Source: Azolla caroliniana (Eukaryota > Plantae > Polypodiophyta). Taken from it: a stretch of 64,000 nucleotides of DNA. How positions within the stretch are numbered: the stretch's first letter is position 1; every line of letters begins with the position of its first letter. Shown here piece by piece: positions 24,633-36,914 of the stretch. The notes below the pieces were generated by a model. It made no database searches. It had not been told where the DNA came from and saw only the letters and a list, made by a program, of their open reading frames with translations. The position numbers and the translations under genes were made by a program. The stretch lies in assembly GCA_043228905.1 (NCBI GenBank), contig JBHGNT010000001.1:22134001-22198000 (forward strand), in the 5' to 3' direction.

Positions 24633-26280
24633 ATGAACATAGTCGCGCTCTGCCGCCCACATCGCCAACGTAGCCGGATCATCTCTTGCTGGATATGCCT
24701 CGATTGTTGGTCACATACCTGTCGGCTTTCTAGTCTCTATTCCTGTGCCTGCCATAGTAGTTGAGAACAAATCCGTGGTTGTTGAAATCAAGGCATCGTC
24801 TGCGGCTAAATCCTCTATTGCTTCAACCTTCATTGCCACATCCGCCAATCAAGAGCACTTGCCACGCCGTCGCGAACAATTTGACCAGGGCTCCCGTGCA
24901 GCTAACCTGGATGTCCTTCGCTTTTCGGACAGCGCAATAGAGCTCACGTTGTCGAAACAAGATCGAACACGGATTGTGCAAGAGATTCAGCATTTGGAAA
25001 AGAAGACTGTCATTGCGCAGGTTTTGGGTCTTCGTCCGACATGGGCTGATCTCCGTTTGTTCCTTCAAGCCGCTTTGAAATAGGACCTTGACAACATTAT
25101 AGATGTACAGATACTTGGCAGGAATTACTACCAGTTAGAGTTCGAGTCGGAACGGATGACACCAGTTTTGTTGGAGAAGAAAGCAGTAGCAATCAAGGGA
25201 GGTTGGATCTCTTTTCACAAGTGGAGTCACAACTTTTCCGCAAATCAGGTGCATCATGATTTTGATTCATATCAAACATGTGTGGTTGTTTTTCCAATTT
25301 TAAGAAAAGAATGGTTACCTTCTATGCATGTGATTGCTAGCACTATTGGTACGGTTCTAGAAATTTATGAAAGACCACGCCGGATCGAAGATAAGTCTTT
25401 AGGGGCTGCATCTGCTAAGCTTTTGATTTCTAAGTCTACAAGGCTGCCCTCAAACATTTTGCTACCCAATCTACTTGATCCTCTACAGGCCCCTTACTCT
25501 CAAAAAATCTTATATAGAGGTTTGCCGAACCAGTGTTTCCGTTGTTTTGGGTTTGGCCATTTGGCAAAGTATTGCCCGAAATTTAAGGAAGACATTAACA
25601 AACATACACCTAGTACAACTATAGTTCCATATCAGAATAAAATTGAGGGTAGGACCACAGTGGAGCATAAGAAGACACCGAAGACACATCCACGTATATC
25701 TCTAAATAAACTTACACAAGTGCCAATAAACAATATGCAAGACTTCCCTCCCTTGCAGAATACATGTAATGCTCTCCAAATGGAAGAGGAAAGTTTAGAA
25801 GAACTGAATAATGGGGGTCACTTATCATTCCATCCTCCTCAAAAACTCAAGTCAGACTCTTCATCACAGAAGATAGTTCAACATTCTATTCAGTTTGATA
25901 CATCCTTTCCAAAGTTGGTGGTAGGACAACCACCAATAAAAATAGCTGAGAATCAACAACCTTTGGTTATGTCTACTAATTTGGATATCTCCAATAAGCT
26001 TAAAGAAAACGTTGCCTCTAATCTACAAATGGATTTGGATAAGTCTAAAGGACAACCAAGGGATATAGAAATGAACCAAGAGCACAATCATGCTGGATTT
26101 CAATTTACACAAGATCCTTTGGTAATCCAAAATCCTAAAAAGGTGGTCAAGGAACATAGGATGCATAAGTATGCAAGGAAGGATTTGCTCTTGAGAAGAC
26201 AAATGAGAGCTCAAGAGGGAGCCAAGAAAGGACGCCATGATGCTCTTCTTGAGAAAAGGACATCACTAACCCCTATATAA
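24633..26280 (+). pseudogene. LINE ORF1 (DUF4283-like region plus zinc knuckle)
   Basis: CFRCFGFGHLAKYC; in-frame stops near 24670 and 25081; start codon uncertain. Confidence 0.78.
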
Positions 26281-26281
26281 T

Positions 26282-29200
26282 ATGGATGCCCTACATCTTC
26301 TTTCTTGGAATGTGCAAGGTCTAGGTGGTTAGGTTTTTCGCAGATTTAATGGACTCGTACGTTCCGATTTAGGTATTTCTAATATTGGCATCATAGATAT
26401 CCTCTTTTTGCTAGAGCATCACCTGTGCAGGGATAGGATTCAAAAGTATGGATCCATTTTACCAGGACGGTGGACTCATTTTTGGGTTCTTGCCTTTGGC
26501 CCAAATAGCCGTCAGGCTGGATTATGTATAGCTCTTAGACAACACTTGCAATCTATTATCTTGTCAGCAGGCACTGTTATGAATAAACGAGCACAATTTC
26601 TTATCATAAAAATAGGGTCTCAGAAGGTTGGCCTAATGAATATCTATGCTCCTAACTCCGCGTCAGCGAGGGCGAGTTTTTGGCCGTCTCTTGTGGAATA
26701 TGTGGGGCTAGCAGATTGTTGGTTAGTGGGAGGCGATTTTAATATGATCGAAGAGGCCTCTGATAGAATAGGAGGTACAACTACTACAATTTCAGGTTGG
26801 GAAGCTAAGTGTTGGGATTCCTTCTCTTTTGCTTTTGGTCTACTTGACTTATGGAAAGTGCAATCTTTCTCACGTATACAAGGGTCCCTACATTTTTCTA
26901 GATCCGATGGGAGTGTGGTTAGTGCTACTTTGTCTTGACTAGATAGATTTTATGCTAGTAGTTTCTTTTGGGATGCAGGGGGATCCATTGGCATTATTCC
27001 CGGATCAACGATATCTGACCATGACCCTCTAAAGTTAAATGTTACATTTTATAAGAAGAGATACTCTAAGCAGTGGCGTATACCTCCGTCTTTACTATCT
27101 AATGACAGCCATCGGATGTCAATTGTTCAGATATGGTCAAAATACAACTGGACGACTGATTGTTTGATTCTTTGTAATATGGTGGATGCCATACTTGATA
27201 CACAGAATTTCTTCATGAATATAGTCTCCGCTTCGGTGTATCGTTGCAATTCAGAAATTGCTAATTTGCGGCGTGCTCTTGCAGCATTACAAAAACTGTT
27301 GGAAAGGTATCCAACTTCATCCATGCTACTTTCTGATTTGCAGCAGGTAAAAAGAAGTTTAAAAGAAAAGCAACAGGCACATTCGACATTCTTCTTTTAT
27401 TGTAAGCAAGATCGAGTTAATAAAGAATTTTTCAATCAGTTCAAACGAAAACATAAACCTGTTTCTATTACCCCCTTGAAACGGCTTGATGGATCATATA
27501 CATCAGATGAATCCGAGATGCGAGGTATAGTCTCAGATTACTATCAGCAATTGTTGTCTGCTACAACTTTTACAACAGATAGTCTTTATAAGAAACAAGA
27601 TATACTTGCAACTAATGAAATGGCATCTCATTTAATACAACCATTTACGTTCCAAGAGGTGTTATTTGCAACTAAATCCTTGGGTAAGGATGTCTATCCA
27701 GGAAAAGACGGAATAGGAGTTGGCTTCTACTTACATTATTGGGATCTTCTTGGCCCTATCCTCACCAAAGCGACTAATCTAATTTTTTCAACAGGAGCTA
27801 TGCCTGTGGAATGGAAAGAAGGAATAATATACATGATTCCTAAGTCTAATGTGCAATGTGATGTAGTTTCTAAGTGGCGGCCAATAACACTGCTCAATGA
27901 TATTTATAAGATTGTGGCAAAAAAAATTGCCTTTAGATTATGATCTATGTTGCCATCTATTATTCATGATACGCAGTCTAGTTTGTTACAAGATAGAAGC
28001 ATTTTCGATAATATCTTTTTGTTCTAGGAAATGGTTGCACTAGCTCAACAAAATAAACAACAAATGACAGTTTTACTATTGGACTTTGAAAAAGCCTATG
28101 ATAAAGTAGATTGGGACTTTCTTGAGGCAGTGTTGTCAAGATTAGGCTTTCCTACTGCATGGATAAACGGTGTTTCGACCTTATATAGGCAGGCCTCTAG
28201 CTCAGTTTTGTTTGCTGGAGGTTATGGGCCAATATTTCCAATTTCCAGGTCGGTTAGGCAAGGATGTCCTCTTGCCCCTTCGCTTTATATCTTTTATGGG
28301 GAAGCTCTAGCTTCATACATAAGATCTTCTTCAGCTGGTATAAAAGGTATAGCATTACCTATTGCACAGTCTGTTGTATTGGATGTTGAGTTTGCAGATG
28401 ATACGACCCTCTATGTTGATGGGGAGATTGGTAATCTCGGGCAGGTACAAAATGCTTTGCAGAATTTCCCAGAAGCTACAGGTTCCTCTCTTAATTGGAA
28501 TAAGTCGATAGGGTTATGGGTGGGTGCAGAGCCTCATCCTGCTTGGTATCCAGGTTCTACTTTCTGCTGGCTTAACCAAGGTGAACCTGTTCGGTATTTG
28601 GGATGCCTAGTTGGTATAGATTTAAAATCAGAAGCTATGTTATCCCCGCTGCTATTATCAATAAAGCATAAACTTCTATATTGAGATGTCCAACAATTGT
28701 CCTTTGGAGGTGGGGTTGTAGTAGCAAATTCAGTACTTTTGGCCTCGATGTGGTTTATAGCTTCTGTTTGGTTATTTTCAAGGTCAGCAATAATGAAAGT
28801 ACAAAGCTTGATTCGTAATTTCCTCTAGGGAGGAAAAAATGGATCTCGAACAATAGCCAAAGTTGTTTGGAAGGTGCTGATTCAACCTAAAATCCATGGA
28901 GGGTTGGGTTTGATAGATCCTTTGATGCAGTCAAGAGCCCTCTTGGTTAAGTTTGTGATTCGAGGATTGTTACTAGGGTCAGAATCCTGGAAAGGAATTT
29001 TTCTAAAACAGCTAATGAAGTTAAGTCCTAGGACGGGGGGAATTTGGTCTCCCTCTCTAAAATGGTTGTTCTTGAATGACGTAAGGCAGGATCTACCTTC
29101 TAACCATTTTTTGTTAGGAATCATAAGGGCATGGGATGGGATCAAGTCATTTCTAGTTGAGGAGAAGCCTTCGACTTGGGATGCATTGCTTAATCAGCCT

Positions 29201-30198
29201 CTTCTTGGAAATTCTCTATTTCGGGATAATATAGGAATAGTACTGGGTCTCAGAACTCACCTTGCCTAGGGTAAACTGGATAATGGGCCAACTGCTTCTG
29301 TAAATACTTGGATTCGTTTCCAACAGATGCCACAAGCAGATCGACTTGCGTAGCTACAAATTGTTCATTGAGCCAAGATAATGACGGTTGACATTTCAAC
29401 TTCATATTCCTCAGTAGCGGCGACTTTTGAACCAATACAAGAGCATTTCTGGTTTGGATGCTTCATTAATGATACATTGTTGGCTGTCAAGGGTATCTCA
29501 CCTAATGGGCGCATCTCTTATTTTGAGGTTCTTGATAACAATAGAATGCAACCTCATGTTTTTTTACTGCAGCTACTTTCAGCATGTGCGGAATGCACCA
29601 GTCAGAGTGATTGCAAAAATGGGAAAGAAGTGGCTGCTGGATCCTTATCCTTCTATTGCACATATGTGTGATATGATGTGGTTGTATGCAAAAGAACTTG
29701 TTGCAAGACTACTATGGGATCCGAGGGGTTGGTTCTGGACATATTCCTTGGGGGAACAAATCATAAAGGTTCCCTTTTTTCAGTATCAGTAAAGCTAGGA
29801 AGGTCATTACTAAGGTCTATGAATGCAATGACGCCAGCAACACAAAAACATTGGACTAACAAGGGTGTTTCAACGTTGGAGTTGAAAACATATCGGAGAT
29901 GGATATGGTCTTTCAAGGGGCCTTCTAAATTTATTCATTTTAGATGGCTATTAGTGCATGCTGCATTACCAGTTGGCCAAACGTTAAAAGGGAATGTCGC
30001 ACAGAATCTCAGGCAATGTGGATTTTGCTATGCAACACCGGAGACTACTAAGCATGCCCTCTGGTCTTGTCCCTTGGCTTAGCAAATATGGAATAAAGTT
30101 CTTTCTTTATTCCTAACAATCAATGTTGGTTTCTTGTTCTCATGGGAAGTAGCAGTGTGGGGAGGATTACACTTCAACCTAATGATGTATGAGGCAGA
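26282..30198 (+). pseudogene. LINE ORF2 (AP endonuclease, reverse transcriptase, zinc-finger)
   Basis: LSWNVQGLG, NIYAPN, GGDFN, SDHDP, WRPITLLN, LDFEKAYD, RQGCPLAP, FADD, CGFC..ETTKHALWSC; many stops. Confidence 0.92.
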
Positions 30199-30873
30199 TG
30201 AAATCGAAAGATCCACGGACCTGCGAAAGGTCCTCGAAGAACGAATCCTCGACAGCAAGGTGGAACTGTCGCTGAGGGAAGTGCTCGGGATCGCCAAGAA
30301 GGAGTTCCACGACTCCATCGTAGACTTGGTGAAGAGGAAGAGGCTGTCGACGGAGACAGAACCGGAGAAGCCAGTGGAGGTGCGGACGACGCACATAGAG
30401 GACATGGTGCTGGAAGACGAGTTGGCGGAGAGCCACTATTCGAGGCCGCACTGGGCCAGAGCGACCACAGAGACCCCCGTGAAGATCGGAGATGTTCATG
30501 AACCGGTGGTGGCGTTGGTGGACCACGGTTTAGAAATCAATTTGATGTCCATGGACTTCTACAAGAAGGGGAAATGGCCGATCAACACCAAGCACGGGTG
30601 GAAAATACGGGCAGCGACGCGTGCCACCGAAGAACTGCATGGAGCCTACCCGAATGTACGAGTAAAGATCGGCGATGTCGAGATTGACCAGCACTTCTTC
30701 GTGTAGGAGACGTCCTCACATCCGGTTATACTAGGAGAACCGTACATCACGGCAGCACGGATGGAGACCAAGGTGCTGGACAACGGCTCGGCCTATGCAA
30801 GGGTCAAAAGCCAGGATGGGCGTCACTCGGTCCAGTTCCTAACGGTGAGACCGAACCATGAGCGGAACCACGA

Positions 30874-30917
30874 GGATTTTTAGAGAGGGCTATCAAGGTG
30901 TGGGGCCGCGATAGTCC
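30874..30917 (+). promoter_or_regulatory. Putative -1 ribosomal frameshift signal between gag-PR and pol
   Basis: G GAT TTT TAG, 6-nt spacer, stem GGGCTATC/GATAGTCC; pol continues in the -1 frame; stem conserved in Gypsy-P2. Confidence 0.6.
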
Positions 30918-32198
30918 AGACACTCCGGGAAAACCCCACAAGTGTACGATAGCGAAGAAGACCTGTACTATAAGTAGGAAATTTTGGTTCTCCGACAACG
31001 GAGGGTGTACGATAGTCGACATCGTTGGTCGAAAGAAGAAAAGAGCGGAGGAGCGACTTCGGGCATGTGGTATCCTCGGCCCTGGAGAGGAAATCAACGG
31101 AGCCGTGGAGGCGGTCTCTTTCGACGATACCTTGGGGGAGCTGCGAGAGGTAGTCGGAGGAGTCCTTAAAGAGGACCGGACGATTCCGGTATGTTCGGAA
31201 AGGATGTACGAAGTCATCGCGGACTTCAGTAGAGGGCTCGAGTCGGATCGGACGGCCCGGGTGGACACGAGGTACAAGACTGTGGACCGGAAGGTGAGGC
31301 CAGTCGCGGCTCCCTTGCCGGAAGGCAGCAAGTTGCGAATAAAGGGGGTTGTGTCGGACCCGATTTTATGAAATCCGGCCTGCATAGGACACACGTTCAC
31401 CAACATAACGCTACGTGAGCTCAAAATCAGTGGGGGCGGCTTCCTACTGCAGGCGGAAGAGGACCGTTTTCGGGGAATGCTCGGAAGGCACGGGAAGGCT
31501 TTCGCATTCTCACCGGAGGAGATCGGGTGTGTAGACCCGACAGTCGTGGAACCGATGGTGATATTCACGGTACCGCATGTGCCGTGGAGTCTCAAACCGA
31601 TTCCAATACCCAGAGCTCACATCCCGAAGCTAATGGAGCTGTTAAAGCAGAAGGTCGAGATGGGCATCCTCGAACTGTTGAGTCCCCCATACTCGAATCG
31701 GTGGTTTACCGTGCCGAAGAAGAACGGCACGCTGCGCTTTATTCAAGACCTGCAGTCGGTCAACAAGGTGACCATTCAAAACGCAAGAATCGGACCGACA
31801 ATAGACGAGTTCGCAGAGGCCTTCGCCGGAAGGTCGATTTACTCGATCGGTGATCTCTACTCGGGGTACGATCAGTTCCAGCTAGCCATAGAGAGTAGAG
31901 ACATCACGACAATGCGAACTCCTCTCGGCCTAGTACGGATGTGTACCCTACTGCAAGGAGGGACGAACTCGGTGCCTCACATGGTGAACGCAATGAACAA
32001 GGTGCTGAGGGATTATATCCCGGACATCGCCATGCCGTTTTTGGACGACGTCCCGATCAAGGGATGTCCGGTGGAGGAAAAGGACGAGACGATCAAACCG
32101 GACGGGTGCCGGAAATTCGTGGCGGCGCACATCAATGACTACGAGAAGGTGCTGCAGAGGTTAGAGGGCGCGAGGCTCACCTTCTTCGGGGAAAAATC

Positions 32199-32801
32199 TG
32201 TTGGGATTACGGTCCCTTCTCATGGGATGGTCGGATACCGGAGATGGATGCCGACAAGCCGGTTTCGGTTTCGGATCCGGATGACGAAGACCCCGGTTTC
32301 GGTACCGGATGACGAATGTACCCGGAGAGCGATCCGGATGCAGGGACATATCCGTGAATATGTTCGCTATGGGCCTCTGAGGCTACAGTTGTAAATAGCC
32401 CAAAGTCATATAAGTATAAATATGACTTAGGGCAAACGTTTTTGTTGTTGCTTCTCATTTTTCTGTTTTTCCACTTTAGAGGAGTGAAGAGAGAGAGCAG
32501 CCGTGAGAGCGCGAGAGAGAAAGAGGTAGACGCCTCTGTGTATTTCCGCCGCCTGTGGCGAGGACAGCGAGCTCAAGGTCGTCGCCTTGGAGCTCGTCAT
32601 TGTATACTTCTCTGTATAGTGTTGTTTGGAGTCTTGTACTCCCGTGGTTTTTCCCCGTTTAGGGTTTTCCACGTTAATCCTTGTGTACTCGCGTTTCTTC
32701 GTTTTGTTTCTACGTGTGTTTCCTATTTTCTGCTCCATTGATCCGCGATTAATCGGTTGTGGCCGAGATAAGAAGGTGAATCCAATTGTCGATTCCTTAC
32801 A
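32199..32801 (+). repeat. Copia-5 5' LTR
   Basis: TGTTGGG...CTTACA. Confidence 0.97.
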
Positions 32802-32804
32802 AAC

Positions 32805-32816
32805 TGGTATCAGAGC
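32805..32816 (+). promoter_or_regulatory. Primer binding site, tRNA-iMet
   Basis: TGGTATCAGAGC 3 nt after the LTR. Confidence 0.95.
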
Positions 32817-32830
32817 GACTGTTGCAGAAA

Positions 32831-35800
32831 ATGGAAGGCGGCGGCAGCGGGCAGCCGATGATGATGGTGCTGAATGCACAGAATTACGCCGACTGGAAGA
32901 TCAAGATGGAGGATCTTCTGATCGTTCGGGACCTGTACGAACCGATTGACAGGTCGGAAATACCGAAGGGGGTACTTGAGTCGGAGTGGAAGCTCCTGAA
33001 CCGGAAAGCCGTAGCGACGATCCGACAATATGTCGATGTAAGCGTCCTACAACATGTGGCGAACGACACCAACGCATACGAGATGTGGAAGAAGCTGTCT
33101 GGCCTCTATGAGAGGAAGAATGCGTTGAACCGGACCTCCCTGATGAGGAAGATTGTGAATCTCAAGTATCGGGACGGCGAGAGTATGGTGGAACACGTAA
33201 GCACGTTCATGGGATTCGTGAACCAGCTTGCGGCGATCAAGTTCCCGTTGGAGGATGCAATGCAAGCCATCATCCTGATGTGTACATTGCCGGAAAGCTG
33301 GGAGAACTTGGTGGTGACTCTCAGCACCTCGTGCACCGAAGACAACTTGTCCTTACAAACTGTAAAGACAAGTATTCTGAATGAAGAAGCGCGTCGGAGA
33401 GATAAGGAACCGGCCTCCGACCCGAAGATGCTGTTTACCGAATCGGATCGGGGAAGACAATGGAACCGGAGTCCGCAAAGACGGGAGAAGTCGGGGACCC
33501 GGTCGCAGTCAAGAGGAAGGCCCACATGCTTCCACTGTGGGAAGCCGGGGCACTTCCGAAAGAATTGTCGGCATTACCGAAAAGACAACGGAGCCGACGA
33601 CACCGATTTGAAGAAGTCACCAGAGAGAAACGGTGCATACCGGGGAGCCACGGACCGGAGAGGTTCGGATCGGCGAGGGCAAGACCGGAAAGGAACAACG
33701 GCACTCGCGGCAAGTGAGGAAGAAATCATGCTCATCACCGAAGAAGGTGAGCTAAACGTTGCCGGCGATGAGACGACCTGGGTGGTCGATTCCGGAGCAT
33801 CGTTCCACCTGACCCCGGAGAGAAGATACTTCTCATCCTACACAGCCGGCGAGCATGGCTGTGTTCGGATGGGAAATGAAGGTACGTGCCGGATTGCCGG
33901 CATAGGAGACGTGTGGTTGACAACCCCGACCGGATGCAAAATGCTGCTGAAAGATGTCCGACACGTTCCGGAGGTTCGATTGAACCTGATTTCGGCCGGG
34001 AGGCTAGATGATGAAGGCTACACGGGTAGCATCCGGAACGGTGTCATGAAGTTCAGCAAGGGGAGCTTGATAGTGGTTCGGGCCCGGAAGGTCAACACAC
34101 TGTACCTGATGAATGCCCGGTTATGTCCGGAAGAGCTGAATGTGGCAGCCGACACTGCCGGTGAGCTGTGGCACAAAAGACTGTGCCACATGAGTGAGAA
34201 GGGGATGAAGAGGCTTGCAGAAGACAACCTTATTCCAGTGAAGCACGTGCACCTGGAGAAGTGCACCGATTGCCTGGCCGGTAAGCAGAACCGAACCTCC
34301 TTCCACTCAAGGCCACCGACGAGACGTAGCGCACCATTGGAGTTGGTGCACACGGATGTGTGTCAGGTAGAAACGAAGTCACATGGCGGAGCCCAGTACT
34401 TCGTGACTTTCATTGATGATCACAGCCGGAAGCTGTGGACGGCGCCGTTGAAGACAAAGGACCAAGTGTTGTCGGTCTTCAAAGAACTCCACGCGAGAGT
34501 GGAAAGGGAATCCGGCAAGAAGCTGAAAGCGATACGATCGGATAACGGAGGGGAATACCGGGGGCAGTTCCAGGAGTACTGTCGCTCGAAGGGAATCCGG
34601 CTCGAGTTTACTGTGCCGAAGACGCCGGAACTGAACGGGCTGGCCGAGAGGATGAACCGGACCATAATGGAGAGGGTCCGGAGTATGCTGGCACATGCGA
34701 AACTACCCAAGGGATTTTGGGCTGAGGCAATGTCGACGGCGACGTATGTGATAAATAGATCACCCTCAGTACCTTTGGACGGAGACACGCCGCAGAAAGT
34801 ATGGACCGGTAAGGAAGTGTCCTACCGGCATCTGAAGGTGTTCGGGTGTCTCGCATACGTGCATGTGGCAAAGGACCGGAGAGGAAAGCTAGATCCGAAG
34901 ACCCGGCCATGCATATTCCTCGGTTACGGCGACGACGAGTTCGGCTACCGAGTATGGGACCCGGTCGACAAGAAGATATTCAGGAGTCGAGATATCATCT
35001 TCATGGAGGACAAGACACTCGCCGACTGGGAGTCGGAGAAGAAGATGAAGAGCTCTAAGTCGACCGGTGAGGATCAACTCTACGAGGAGCAGTCCCGACC
35101 GGCAAGGGACCGGTTAGCACTCGAGGATCCGGCCGAAGACGGTGAAGACACAGAACCGGCCGAAGAAGATGAAAATGATGCCGGAACCGGCCCCGATCCC
35201 GAAATGGTCTCGGATGAAGAAGAATCGGAAGAACCGGTTACCGAAGCTCCGGAACGGAGATATCCTCTAAGAGAGAGAAGGGCCCCCCGGAGATTTCCGG
35301 AACCAGAGCACGTGCTGCTAACCGACGAGGGGGAGCCGGAGAGCTTTGAAGAAGCAAAGCACGACACCCAGAGCCGCAGGTGGTTGAGTGCCATGCAGGA
35401 CGAGATGGATTCCCTGCATGAGAACCACACATATGAACTTGTGGAGTTGCCGAAAGGAAAGCGGGCACTTCGAAACAAGTGGGTGTTCAAGCTGAAACCG
35501 GGAGATGCCGGAAATCCCCCGAGATACAAAGCCAGGATCGTGGTAAAGGGGTTTCAGCAGAAGAAGGGCGTCGACTTCGACGAGATATTCGCCCCGGTAG
35601 TGAAGATGACCTCCATCCGGACGGTGCTGAGCATAGCGGCAAGCATGGACCTCGAGGTAGAACAGATGGACGTGAAGACGGCATTCCTTCACGGCGACCT
35701 CGATGAAGAGATCTACATGCAGCAACCAGAAGGATTCGAGAAGAAAGGGAAGGAGCACCTGGTATGCCGGTTGAAGAAGAGCCTTTACGGACTGAAGCAG

Positions 35801-36904
35801 GCTCCCCGGCAATGGTACCGGAAGTTCGACTCCTTCATGACCGACGAAGGGTACCTCAAAACGCAGTCCGACCACTGCGTGTTTGTGAAGAAGTTCGAAG
35901 GAGGAGACTCTCTAATACTCCTCCTGTACGTGGACGACATGTTGATCGTCGGACAGGACCAGGTCAAGATACGGATGCTGAAGAAGGCTCTTCACCGAAC
36001 CTTCTCAATGAAGGACCTGGGTCCGGCGAGGCAAATACTAGGGATGCACATCATCCGGGACCGGAAGAAGAAGCAGTTGTGGCTGTCACAGGAGAAGTAC
36101 GTGACGAAGGTGCTTCAACGGTTCAACATGTCGGAAGCAAGACCGGTCGGATCGACCCTCCCGGCAAACTGCAAGCTGTCCAGCGAGCAAAGTCCCAAGA
36201 CAAAGGCCGAAAAGGAGGATATGATGAAAGTGCCGTATGCCTCAGCCGTCGGGAGCTTGATGTACGCCATGGTGTGTACGAGACCGGACATAGGATATGC
36301 AGTCGGAGTGGTAAGCCGGTACATGAGCAATCCCGGCAGAGAGCATTGGAACGCGGCCAAGTGGATACTCCGATACCTGAAGGGCACGGCAAACGTGTGC
36401 CTCCGATTCGGCTCCGGTAAGCCCGAACTCGACGGCTTCACCGATTCGGATATGTCGGCTGATGCAGATACCAGCCGGTCCACATCAGGGTATGTGATGA
36501 CGTATGCAGGGGGAGCTGTTTCATGGCAGTCGAGGCTGCAGAAGACGGTTGCGTTGTCAACCACGGAGGCAGAGTACATGGCGGCTGTTGAAGCCGGCAA
36601 GGAAATAATATGGATGAAGGACTTCATTAGAGAGCTCGGTATCCGACAGGAGGAGTACCGACTCTACTGCGACAGTCAGAGTGCAATCCACCTTGCAAAG
36701 AACGCGGCCTATCACTCCCGGACAAAGCACATCCAGCGAAGATATCACTGGATCCGGGAAAGGATAGAAGACAAGGAGTTCGTGCTGACGAAGATCCACA
36801 CAGACGAGAACGGGTCGGATATGCTGACCAAGGTGCTTACACCCGACAAGCTGGAAGCATGCCGGAAGAGGATCGGATTGGAGCGACATCCCATGCAGAA
36901 GTGA
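32831..36904 (+). CDS. Copia gag-pol polyprotein (gag, CCHC, protease, integrase, RT, RNase H), 1357 aa
   Basis: Open from ATG 32831: CFHCGKPGHFRKNC, WVVDSGAS, HTD/SDNGGE/NGLAER, MDVKTAFLHG, LYVDDM, FTDSD, HSRTKHI. Confidence 0.97.
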   Translation: MEGGGSGQPMMMVLNAQNYADWKIKMEDLLIVRDLYEPIDRSEIPKGVLESEWKLLNRKAVATIRQYVDVSVLQHVANDTNAYEMWKKLSGLYERKNALNRTSLMRKIVNLKYRDGESMVEHVSTFMGFVNQLAAIKFPLEDAMQAIILMCTLPESWENLVVTLSTSCTEDNLSLQTVKTSILNEEARRRDKEPASDPKMLFTESDRGRQWNRSPQRREKSGTRSQSRGRPTCFHCGKPGHFRKNCRHYRKDNGADDTDLKKSPERNGAYRGATDRRGSDRRGQDRKGTTALAASEEEIMLITEEGELNVAGDETTWVVDSGASFHLTPERRYFSSYTAGEHGCVRMGNEGTCRIAGIGDVWLTTPTGCKMLLKDVRHVPEVRLNLISAGRLDDEGYTGSIRNGVMKFSKGSLIVVRARKVNTLYLMNARLCPEELNVAADTAGELWHKRLCHMSEKGMKRLAEDNLIPVKHVHLEKCTDCLAGKQNRTSFHSRPPTRRSAPLELVHTDVCQVETKSHGGAQYFVTFIDDHSRKLWTAPLKTKDQVLSVFKELHARVERESGKKLKAIRSDNGGEYRGQFQEYCRSKGIRLEFTVPKTPELNGLAERMNRTIMERVRSMLAHAKLPKGFWAEAMSTATYVINRSPSVPLDGDTPQKVWTGKEVSYRHLKVFGCLAYVHVAKDRRGKLDPKTRPCIFLGYGDDEFGYRVWDPVDKKIFRSRDIIFMEDKTLADWESEKKMKSSKSTGEDQLYEEQSRPARDRLALEDPAEDGEDTEPAEEDENDAGTGPDPEMVSDEEESEEPVTEAPERRYPLRERRAPRRFPEPEHVLLTDEGEPESFEEAKHDTQSRRWLSAMQDEMDSLHENHTYELVELPKGKRALRNKWVFKLKPGDAGNPPRYKARIVVKGFQQKKGVDFDEIFAPVVKMTSIRTVLSIAASMDLEVEQMDVKTAFLHGDLDEEIYMQQPEGFEKKGKEHLVCRLKKSLYGLKQAPRQWYRKFDSFMTDEGYLKTQSDHCVFVKKFEGGDSLILLLYVDDMLIVGQDQVKIRMLKKALHRTFSMKDLGPARQILGMHIIRDRKKKQLWLSQEKYVTKVLQRFNMSEARPVGSTLPANCKLSSEQSPKTKAEKEDMMKVPYASAVGSLMYAMVCTRPDIGYAVGVVSRYMSNPGREHWNAAKWILRYLKGTANVCLRFGSGKPELDGFTDSDMSADADTSRSTSGYVMTYAGGAVSWQSRLQKTVALSTTEAEYMAAVEAGKEIIWMKDFIRELGIRQEEYRLYCDSQSAIHLAKNAAYHSRTKHIQRRYHWIRERIEDKEFVLTKIHTDENGSDMLTKVLTPDKLEACRKRIGLERHPMQK

Positions 36905-36914
36905 AGGGGGAGTT

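Larger units (their letters stand above)
24633..30198 (+). mobile_element. L1-clade LINE, near full length, degenerate, 3' end lost
   Basis: ORF1 with CCHC knuckle; ORF2 with APE endonuclease, RT and zinc-finger; no poly(A) tail. Confidence 0.9.

Noticed and set aside
30134-30706. LINE-gypsy chimeric gene
   Set aside because: Upstream LINE ORF2 has many stops and the ORF starts at a non-ATG codon; a chance in-frame junction
32658-32668. Telomere or telo-box TTTAGGGTTTT
   Set aside because: Single copy inside a motif shared by the related LTRs; no evidence of a telomeric array
33000-36900. Many overlapping and antisense ORFs within Copia-5 and other pol regions
   Set aside because: Shadow ORFs of GC-rich coding sequence with no independent motifs
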